A DNA stretch of 64,000 bases from the IMG/VR virus record IMGVR_UViG_3300010965_000001, positions 128,001-192,000 of that record. One strand, written 5' to 3'. Below are positions 52,459 to 59,080 of this stretch, in pieces. The position numbers and the translations under genes are program-made. This stretch comes from a virus (lineage: Duplodnaviria > Caudoviricetes). The notes below the pieces were generated by a model. The model did no database searches and was not told the DNA's origin. It was given only the letters and a program-made list of their open reading frames with translations. Numbering within the stretch: the stretch's first letter is position 1; every line of letters starts with the position of its first letter.

Positions 52459-52646
52459 CTTGGTTTTCCCGCAGTAAAACTTTTTAAATATAATTGAGAA
52501 CCACACCGTTTGCATCCACGTTCATATCGAATATATCCACCAGCATTTTCATGTTGAATACATTTATAACAGAATAACAGTGGTGCATGCTGTGCAAGAC
52601 GTATTCTATTAATCCTGTCGTAATATTCATTAAAAGAAAGCATCAT
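52455..52646 (-). CDS. Small Zn-finger protein, paralog 3
   Basis: MLSFNEY..CYKC..CKRC..LYLKSF. Confidence 0.6.
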   Translation of the reverse strand: MMLSFNEYYDRINRIRLAQHAPLLFCYKCIQHENAGGYIRYERGCKRCGSQLYLKSFTAGKPR

Positions 52647-52744
52647 AACATTTATCAATTTTAAAGGTAATCGACATTAGTATGTAACAACATAACTCGT
52701 GTAGTTAGAGGTTTGTCAGGATACTACTCCACAATTACCAATTG

Positions 52745-52822
52745 TACACACAGAAGGACTCGAACCTTCATTTTCAACCATTACCTATAGTCCCGCGTAT
52801 CAGACGGGCTGGATATGTGTGC
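52745..52822 (-). tRNA. Atypical tRNA-Ile(GAT) lacking a canonical D-arm
   Basis: GCACACA/TGTGTGT, CCCGT-CTGATAC-GCGGG, canonical T-arm. Confidence 0.7.
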
Positions 52823-52829
52823 ATTGTTG

Positions 52830-52912
52830 CTCATTAGGTAGGATTCGAACCTACAGGGGCGTTAGCCGTCCGCTTAACAGGCGGGGGAGTTTACCAGTTC
52901 CTCTACTAATGA
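52830..52912 (-). tRNA. tRNA-Asn(GTT) with long variable arm
   Basis: Cloverleaf; 14-nt V region. Confidence 0.8.
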
Positions 52913-52926
52913 ATATAAATTTTTTG

Positions 52927-53008
52927 TGCATTCGGAAGGAGTCGAACCCTCGTTGGATTTCTCCACCGCTTAAGAGGCGGGTGCATAATGCCGTTCTGCC
53001 ACGAATGC
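52927..53008 (-). tRNA. tRNA-Lys(CTT) with long variable arm
   Basis: Cloverleaf; GGA-GAAA-TCC V hairpin. Confidence 0.8.
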
Positions 53009-53016
53009 TTGTTTTG

Positions 53017-53089
53017 TACACCCAGTAGGAGTCGAACCCACCTAATACAATTTAAAAGATTGTTACCTAAACCGCTCGGTCACGGGTGC
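53017..53089 (-). tRNA. tRNA-Lys(TTT)
   Basis: Cloverleaf. Confidence 0.85.
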
Positions 53090-53095
53090 GTGTTG

Positions 53096-53166
53096 TGCAC
53101 CCACAGGGAATCGAACCCTGGTCAATTGATTAAAAGTCAACTGCTTTGCCACTAAGCTATGGATGC
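53096..53166 (-). tRNA. tRNA-Lys(TTT), second copy
   Basis: Cloverleaf. Confidence 0.9.
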
Positions 53167-53295
53167 GTTTATTAACGTCACACCCACTACTTAGTGAATG
53201 CGACCTACCGTTTAGTCATCTTCTTTTTCATTGTGTATATCTCCTTAATTGTCTTTCGCCCCGCTACCATAAGCAATATGCTTAATTTCTTGTTG

Positions 53296-53367
53296 AGCCC
53301 CAGATGGGAGTTGAACCCATGTCTCATCCTTACCAAAGACGCGTTCTACCGTTAGTACTACAAGGGC
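53296..53367 (-). tRNA. tRNA-Thr(GGT)
   Basis: Cloverleaf. Confidence 0.85.
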
Positions 53368-53510
53368 AAATCTGTTAAAAATTTTGTGAGTTTCGGTGTC
53401 CTACGAAGTGCTCTGTTATTTTTCTTTTTATTAAAAACTGCACGTTCATTGGAATCTGCATACTTATTTGTTGCCTTTGTAACAATCTTTTTATACAGTG
53501 CTTTTTGCAT
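53358..53510 (-). CDS. Small basic protein between tRNAs
   Basis: MQKALYKKIVTK..., 50 aa, AAGGA RBS; below track cutoff. Confidence 0.4.
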   Translation of the reverse strand: MQKALYKKIVTKATNKYADSNERAVFNKKKNNRALRRTPKLTKFLTDLPL

Positions 53511-53529
53511 AAAAATCCTTTTTTGTTTG

Positions 53530-53600
53530 AGCCCACTATCGGAGTCGAGCCGATGTCACAACTTTACAAGAGTCGCGTTTTACCGTTAAACTAAGCAGGC
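53530..53600 (-). tRNA. tRNA-Thr(TGT)
   Basis: Cloverleaf; T-loop CTCGACT. Confidence 0.85.
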
Positions 53601-53615
53601 ATGCTGTGTTACTTG

Positions 53616-53690
53616 TAGTGCGTACGGGATTCGAACCCGTGATACCTACCTTGAAAGGGTAGTGACTTAAGCCAGCTTGTCGAACGCACC
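53616..53690 (-). tRNA. tRNA-Glu(TTC)
   Basis: Cloverleaf. Confidence 0.9.
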
Positions 53691-53694
53691 ATAT

Positions 53695-53842
53695 AATATT
53701 TTATAATAGGATTTTCACCTATACGGTCTACCTCTCTCCTAGCTGACCCACTTGGAATTTTACTTCCGTGCCCGACTCGAACGGGGATGGGTGTGACCTC
53801 GATTCAGCTCTAGCGTCTAAATATTTCGCCATATAAAATATT
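53695..53842 (-). ncRNA. tRNA-like RNA with a 57-nt structured insert in place of the anticodon loop
   Basis: 11-bp terminal stem, Leu-type D-arm, AGCTGA/TCAGCT stem, T-arm-like ATAGG-TGAAAAT-CCTAT. Confidence 0.55.
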
Positions 53843-53843
53843 G

Positions 53844-53932
53844 CGGAAGAAAAGAGAATTGAACTCTTAGGACACTTTCATGCCCGACTGTTTAGCAAAC
53901 AGGTCCGACTAACCAATATTCGGCTTTCTTCC
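53844..53932 (-). tRNA. tRNA-Ser(GCT)
   Basis: Cloverleaf, long V arm, G73. Confidence 0.9.
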
Positions 53933-53938
53933 ATGTTG

Positions 53939-54007
53939 TACGGTATTTTGGTTCCGACCCAAATCAACAAGTTTATGATACTCGTTTCGTCTCCTGACGT
54001 ATACCGC
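53939..54007 (-). tRNA. Degenerate CAT-anticodon tRNA-like gene
   Basis: GCGGTAT/ATACCGT, mini D-arm, T-loop GTCGGAA. Confidence 0.5.
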
Positions 54008-54020
54008 GTTAAAACTAATT

Positions 54021-54090
54021 TGGTAGCGGGGCTGGGAACCGCCCCCAGGTAATCTCGGTTATGAGCCGGACTGGCACTCTGCTCCCCGCA
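54021..54090 (-). tRNA. Degenerate tRNA-Met(CAT)-like gene with encoded CCA
   Basis: TGCGGGG/CCCCGCT+ACCA, loop CT-CAT-AA, mini D-arm, T-loop GGCGGTT. Confidence 0.55.
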
Positions 54091-54102
54091 ATATATTCTT
54101 TT

Positions 54103-54176
54103 GTAGCGCGAACGGGATTCGAACCCGTGGTCTGAAGGTTATGAGCCTACTGAGATGACCTCTTCTCTATCGCGCA
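54103..54176 (-). tRNA. tRNA-Met(CAT), initiator-like (1:72 mismatch)
   Basis: Cloverleaf, T1:T72. Confidence 0.85.
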
Positions 54177-54188
54177 GTAATTTCTTTG

Positions 54189-54259
54189 AGCACCGTATCG
54201 GTGTCGAACCGATGACCGTAGTTTGGAAGACTACTATTTTACCGTTAAACTAACAGTGC
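54189..54259 (-). tRNA. tRNA-Gly(TCC)
   Basis: Cloverleaf. Confidence 0.9.
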
Positions 54260-54277
54260 GTTATTTCTGACACTTAT

Positions 54278-54306
54278 AATATACAACTAATTTTCATCAA
54301 TGTCAA
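54278..54306 (-). promoter_or_regulatory. sigma70-type promoter for tRNA run
   Basis: TTGACA-N17-TATATT. Confidence 0.75.
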
Positions 54307-54493
54307 GTTTTTCTTTTCTACGTATTCTTTTTTTACATCGTTCGTATGGAATACCATCTTCCACCTTATAATCTGTTTCTATTACATTTTCACAATCCCA
54401 ACATTCGTGACCCCAATGTCCACCTGCGTTAAACCAATTCCAACAAACATAGATAGATTTACAGTACGGACATTTACGAAATCGATTTTTCAT
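54287..54493 (-). CDS. Small Zn-ribbon protein
   Basis: CPYC..CWDC. Confidence 0.5.
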   Translation of the reverse strand: MKNRFRKCPYCKSIYVCWNWFNAGGHWGHECWDCENVIETDYKVEDGIPYERCKKRIRRKEKLDIDEN

Positions 54494-54494
54494 A

Positions 54495-54677
54495 TTATCC
54501 CTTGTAGAATTTGTTGAGAATTTCTTCTATCTCACCACTTGCCAACATTGTTCCACATTCACAAATGGCTTGAATGTCATATTGATGGTCAATTCCTCCA
54601 TCTGGATTCCACAATGGAGTTTCTTTAATACGTAACTTCCATGTGTGTACATGTTTTTCTTTTTTATCATGTCCCAT
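54495..54677 (-). CDS. Hypothetical protein
   Basis: Start MGHDKK after TATTTATA motif. Confidence 0.45.
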   Translation of the reverse strand: MGHDKKEKHVHTWKLRIKETPLWNPDGGIDHQYDIQAICECGTMLASGEIEEILNKFYKG

Positions 54678-54945
54678 AATAGAACCCTTTATAAATATAA
54701 AAGAATAAAAAATACCCACGATTCTGTATAACGGATACCATTTCTCTATTGGCCGCAACCCGCTCTCATCAATAACAGGAAATGAGTATCTCAAGCTGTT
54801 TGCGTTGCACGCTCTCTTGTAGTTAAACGATTTTCATCAATTCATCGTCTCCGATGGTTGAGATAATCTCCTACTCTTCCTGTTGCGTGTCGTGAGGTTC
54901 CTCACATCCTTTTACAAGGGTAGTGCGGTATCCTATTTTATTCTT

Positions 54946-55018
54946 GTTGCTCGACAGGCTTCGAACCTGTAGTCTCTCGGGTCGCAGCCGAGCATTTTAC
55001 CAATTAAACTACAAGCCA
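54946..55018 (-). tRNA. tRNA-Arg(GCG)
   Basis: CTCGG-CTGCGAC-CCGAG; one acceptor mismatch. Confidence 0.75.
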
Positions 55019-55197
55019 ATTTTCATTCCACCAGCCATAATAACTTGTAATGCCATTTGGTGATGTTCTGGTTTTATTTTTGAAAAATCAAATACCGCGT
55101 CTACTTCTGCACCATTTCCAAAATCAACATATCCTTTTACCATGACTTTTGGTTCTGTCATTACTATACAAATATTATCAATGTCTGCCGTAATCAT
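55009..55197 (-). CDS. Hypothetical protein
   Basis: Start MITAD; longer ORF overlaps tRNA-Ser. Confidence 0.4.
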   Translation of the reverse strand: MITADIDNICIVMTEPKVMVKGYVDFGNGAEVDAVFDFSKIKPEHHQMALQVIMAGGMKIGL

Positions 55198-55220
55198 AAT
55201 ATAACCTTTATGTTGTTCTG

Positions 55221-55311
55221 CGGAAAAGAGAGGATTCGAACCCCCAACCCAGCTTTCGCCAAGAACTGTTTTCGAGACAGTAGCGGTCATCCAGTTACGC
55301 TTTACTCTTCC
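55221..55311 (-). tRNA. tRNA-Ser(CGA)
   Basis: Cloverleaf, long V arm. Confidence 0.9.
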
Positions 55312-55461
55312 ATTTTCGTTCCCATACAGAAACCAATATTGCAAGTGGAAATGCAAACGGTAACAAAAATAATGCTTCTCTACTTGTATATGGTGAACAT
55401 AAATATTTTATGTTATTCCAAAAATTTCTAAATCCCATGATATAACCTTTTTGTTGTTCTG

Positions 55462-55549
55462 CGGAAAGTGAGGGGCTCGAACCCGTCAACTGATTTTTCA
55501 ACCAGCATCTGATTTCCAATCAGACTCCTTGCCAATTCGGTTACTTTCC
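55462..55549 (-). tRNA. tRNA-Ser(GGA)
   Basis: Cloverleaf, long V arm. Confidence 0.85.
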
Positions 55550-55696
55550 ATTATTTTTTACTATCCCACAATGCCCAAATCAATCCAACTAATACGATAG
55601 CGGGTATTGTCCACCAAGGGTCTTCTTTGTTAATCTTAATCTTATTCCAAAATTCTTTTAACAGTTCATTCATTGAAAACCTTTGTTTGTGTATTG

Positions 55697-55779
55697 CGGA
55701 AGATATAGGAGTCGAACCTATACATCCTTTCGGACGGCAGTTTTCAAGACTGCTGCAATAGCCATTATGCGAATCTTCC
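55697..55779 (-). tRNA. tRNA-Ser(TGA)
   Basis: Cloverleaf, long V arm. Confidence 0.9.
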
Positions 55780-55781
55780 AT

Positions 55782-55925
55782 TTAACAATTTGTTTTATAC
55801 TTTCTCACACGACCTTTCCATCTTCGAATACAAATCAAACATGCTTTACTTTCTTTTATCATTTTGCGTATTTTTAACTTCTTGTAGACAGAAGAATTTG
55901 TCGTATTTTTCAAAGTATCAGTCAT
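55782..55925 (-). CDS. Small basic protein between tRNAs
   Basis: MTDTLKNTT..CLIC.. Confidence 0.4.
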   Translation of the reverse strand: MTDTLKNTTNSSVYKKLKIRKMIKESKACLICIRRWKGRVRKYKTNC

Positions 55926-56056
55926 AGTATATTCAGTTATGCGATAGTGAACAGTAATTAAACCTTTACCTCCATAACTCGTTTTGAGTGAGTCAGCGCT
56001 CTGATTTGAACAGGCGATTCGTAGCGTGCAAGGCTCGCGAGGTTTCTCATATTTTG

Positions 56057-56136
56057 TAGACTTGATAGGATTTGAACCTACATTTTCAGCTCCAGTTACG
56101 ATTAAATGTTTCGAAGACATACTCGGCTACAAGTCC
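56057..56136 (-). tRNA. Atypical tRNA-Arg(TCG) lacking a canonical D-arm
   Basis: GGACTTG/CAAGTCT, ATGT-CTTCGAA-ACAT, canonical T-arm. Confidence 0.65.
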
Positions 56137-56351
56137 ATATAAAATTAAACCCAATTGATGCCGTATTCATCTCTGCGGGGTTGCAATGCCTTACGTAAAG
56201 AATGTCTGATAGCACCATCGCCTTTACTACCAAACTGCTCTCGGCTACTGAACTATAAAACCGTCAACCTACACATTAAAGTGCCCAGCCTCCCGATAAC
56301 GATTATGTGATGACCAGGAATCGTTAGTTCATTTACATCTCTTGGGTATTG

Positions 56352-56422
56352 AGCATCGTATCGGTTACGCTCCGATTTTTGTAACTTGGCAAGTTACCAT
56401 TCTACTATTAAATTAACGATGC
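56352..56422 (-). tRNA. tRNA-Gly(GCC) with atypical T-loop (AGCGTAA)
   Basis: All four stems pair; D-loop lacks GG. Confidence 0.75.
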
Positions 56423-56476
56423 ATTTGTGATTCGAAAATTAAAATTCATTATACTTATACATATAAGGAGAATACT

Positions 56477-57076
56477 ATGAAAATACCAATTATATGTGAT
56501 TATTGTGGAAATCCGTCAACAAAATTAAAATATAGCATTACACGATATAAAAATCATTTCTGCTCCAATACCTGTGCTTCCATGTTTCATAGGAATAAAA
56601 TTGAAGTAGAATGTAAATTTTGTGGAAATAAATTTCTAAAATTTGCAAATCAACTAAAAAAACATCCAAACAGTTTTTGTAATAAATCATGTGCTGCTAA
56701 ATACAACAACACACATAAAACACATGGGTCATCTCGTTCTAAACTTGAAGTGTGGTTGGAAAACGAACTTATTACATTATATCCAACTTTGGATTTTCAT
56801 TTCAATCGTAAAGATGCCATCAATTCTGAACTCGACATTTATATTCCATCGTTAAAACTTGCATTTGAACTAAATGGAATCTTTCATTTTGAACCAATTT
56901 TTAGTGAATCTGGGTTAAAGCGAACCAAAGAAAACGATTCAAAAAAATTTAAATTATGCCATGACAATGGAATCAGTTTATGTGTAATCGACACTTCAAA
57001 ACAAAAATATTTTAAAGAACAAACTTCATTACAATATCTAAAAATAATTACAGATATTATTAATATGAAAGTTTAA
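56477..57076 (+). CDS. Free-standing homing endonuclease-like protein, paralog of 45992-46618
   Basis: Near-identical C-terminus ELDIYIPSLKLAFELNGIFH..VIDTSKQKYFKEQTSLQYLKIITDII. Confidence 0.75.
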   Translation: MKIPIICDYCGNPSTKLKYSITRYKNHFCSNTCASMFHRNKIEVECKFCGNKFLKFANQLKKHPNSFCNKSCAAKYNNTHKTHGSSRSKLEVWLENELITLYPTLDFHFNRKDAINSELDIYIPSLKLAFELNGIFHFEPIFSESGLKRTKENDSKKFKLCHDNGISLCVIDTSKQKYFKEQTSLQYLKIITDIINMKV

Positions 57077-57297
57077 ATATTTGCGGTGTGTTGTCATTTA
57101 CACTATTAATTCCGATTTCGAAATTAAATTGAATTTGAGCCAATATCTCCGCATTTACAACTAAATTGTGTCCGTATGCTATCCAGTACATCACGATTTT
57201 CAATCTATCATTTAGGTGCTCATGCATTAGCACAGTAATGGATTTCACGTTGTTCTGAAAATCGAGAGGAATCGAACCTCTTCAACGGACTGTTATT

Positions 57298-57326
57298 AAT
57301 ATACAAAATCTTTTTATCAATGTCAA
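57298..57326 (-). promoter_or_regulatory. sigma70-type promoter
   Basis: TTGACA-N17-TATATT. Confidence 0.75.
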
Positions 57327-57377
57327 CAACTTATTCTGTGATTAAATTGGAGTCGAAATTTAATTTCCAGATACTTG

Positions 57378-57450
57378 TGCGACAGACTTGAGTTGAACAA
57401 GTTCCTGTGGTTTTTCAGACCACCGTGCATACCACCTACACCACTCTCGC
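57378..57450 (-). tRNA. tRNA-Phe(GAA)
   Basis: Cloverleaf. Confidence 0.85.
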
Positions 57451-57658
57451 ATAAAAACGTAGGAATCACGGGTTGTACATGCACGGGTATTTCACTCCCC
57501 ACTATTTCCCGTTGCCCAGTTTAATTGCAACCTATTATATTCACTGTTCGTATACTCTTCTTGCCGCTAAGCAAGTACCCTCTACTTTAAAATGTATTCG
57601 TGAATATCCACTTTACCATACATTGGGATTTTCGTGTTTTAATAGGTATACAGTATAT

Positions 57659-57949
57659 CTATAAAATCTCTACTACCTTTCCATACACACTGCGTGTCCA
57701 TCCATTTATACCACCTCTGTTATTTCCAATCAAACAACCTTTGTGTAAGTCCGTTGCTTTAACTAAGTGCGTATAATAATTTCCATGAACTTTGCAATAT
57801 ACAATGTCTCCAGTCTTAACTTCTAAGAATGTTACAGGAGCGAGTTTATGCTCTTGACCAGACTTAATTAGTGGAACCATTGAATTACCTTTTTCACTGG
57901 TGATAAACGTCTCACCATTTTGTAACTTCTCTAATTTGTAGTTTCTCAT
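57659..57949 (-). CDS. S24/S26 peptidase-like small protein
   Basis: GNSMVPLI..GDIV..HLVK Ser/His pattern. Confidence 0.6.
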   Translation of the reverse strand: MRNYKLEKLQNGETFITSEKGNSMVPLIKSGQEHKLAPVTFLEVKTGDIVYCKVHGNYYTHLVKATDLHKGCLIGNNRGGINGWTRSVYGKVVEIL

Positions 57950-57951
57950 AG

Positions 57952-58033
57952 TGCAGTTACAGAGACTCGAACTCTGACGGATTACTCCACGGGCTTCTTA
58001 GACCCGCATGTTTACCAATTACATCATAACTGC
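57952..58033 (-). tRNA. tRNA-Leu(AAG)
   Basis: CGGGT-CTAAGAA-GCCCG, long V arm, A73. Confidence 0.85.
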
Positions 58034-58042
58034 GTTTTGTTG

Positions 58043-58125
58043 TGTATCGCCAGGGAATCGAACCCCGCGTGTCCTTCCGAACGGGTGGGTTACAGCCACC
58101 TGCCACACCTTGTAGCCTGCGATAC
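58043..58125 (-). tRNA. tRNA-Tyr(GTA)
   Basis: Cloverleaf, long V arm. Confidence 0.85.
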
Positions 58126-58137
58126 ATATTATTACTT

Positions 58138-58209
58138 GACATCCAGAGAGCCTTGAACTCTCATTCCCCACTGAAATGTGAGTTCTTAGTCCGTTTAGAA
58201 GATAGATGT
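58138..58209 (-). tRNA. tRNA-like gene with 6-nt anticodon loop (ATTTCA)
   Basis: ACATCTA/TGGATGT, D-arm, CTCAC/GTGGG, T-arm. Confidence 0.5.
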
Positions 58210-58246
58210 TCCGTGTTATTCACCTGCCCGATGAGGTAACACATTC

Positions 58247-58477
58247 TTAGAATCTTGAAGTATATCTCATTGTTTCTGTTTCGATAGCCTTCTTAATCCA
58301 TTTCATAAAATAAATTGCTTTTTCATCACGAAGGAGAACACCAGTTCCAACTTCTTCAATTGGAATAGGAAATTCATACATATCATTCTCAACCGAAATT
58401 GAGTAATACACTTTTCCTTCTTGATAAAAGGAAAATTGTGCCGTGTTGTTTTCTATAATTTGTTTAATTGTATGCAT
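58247..58477 (-). CDS. Conserved phage hypothetical protein
   Basis: Start MHTIKQII. Confidence 0.55.
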   Translation of the reverse strand: MHTIKQIIENNTAQFSFYQEGKVYYSISVENDMYEFPIPIEEVGTGVLLRDEKAIYFMKWIKKAIETETMRYTSRF

Positions 58478-58495
58478 TGTTTTTCTTTCTGTTTG

Positions 58496-58573
58496 TAGGA
58501 AGAGATGGATTCGAACCATCAGTCTCCGAGTCAATGATTCCCCGGCGTTTTGCGCTTATTAAACTATCTGCCT
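58496..58573 (-). tRNA. tRNA-like gene with 10-nt anticodon loop (GAATCATTGA)
   Basis: Canonical T-arm, CCGGG/CTCGG stem. Confidence 0.55.
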
Positions 58574-58579
58574 ATGTTG

Positions 58580-58650
58580 CGCGTCCTACAGGAGTCGAAC
58601 CCGTGTGAGGAGATTTGGAGTTTCCCATGTTTCCGTTACATCAAGGACGC
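58580..58650 (-). tRNA. tRNA-Trp(CCA)
   Basis: Cloverleaf, G73. Confidence 0.85.
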
Positions 58651-59015
58651 ATTTTTACGTGACGTATTTTATGACAATTTGCACAAATTAAATCACATTT
58701 TTCAATTTCAGTGTTAAAATATGTTTTACCACTATGAATTGCACCAGACACGGACGATAATTTTTTAGACGGCTCTCTGTGATGGAACTCTGCAATTTCT
58801 GGATGCTCATTAAATGATACATTACAGTCCATACAAAATTGTGTTTTTTTCCATTCTATTAATTCTTCTTTTTTCTTTCGTCTGACATCTAACTGCGAAT
58901 CAATTTGATGTTTTTTATTGCGGTAATACCAATCTCTACGGTATTGTCGCATTTTATCTATATTTTCTTCTTTCCATTCTAATGTCGCCATGATATTCTC
59001 CATTTGTTTAACCAC
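58641..59015 (-). CDS. HNH endonuclease
   Basis: CMDC..EFHH..CDLICANCHKIRH. Confidence 0.8.
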   Translation of the reverse strand: MVKQMENIMATLEWKEENIDKMRQYRRDWYYRNKKHQIDSQLDVRRKKKEELIEWKKTQFCMDCNVSFNEHPEIAEFHHREPSKKLSSVSGAIHSGKTYFNTEIEKCDLICANCHKIRHVKMRP

Positions 59016-59080
59016 TATATATAAATAGTAGTATCCAAATGGAAAGTTGTGTTTGGAGACATTATTTGTTAATAAATTTT

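Noticed and set aside
55990-56045. tRNA-Ala(TGC)-like sequence
   Set aside because: Only a weak anticodon hairpin and T-loop; no D-arm or pairing acceptor, so treated as a remnant
57255-57290. Isolated T-arm (AGAGG-TTCGATT-CCTCT) just after a promoter
   Set aside because: No other tRNA arms; probably a remnant near the endonuclease insertion
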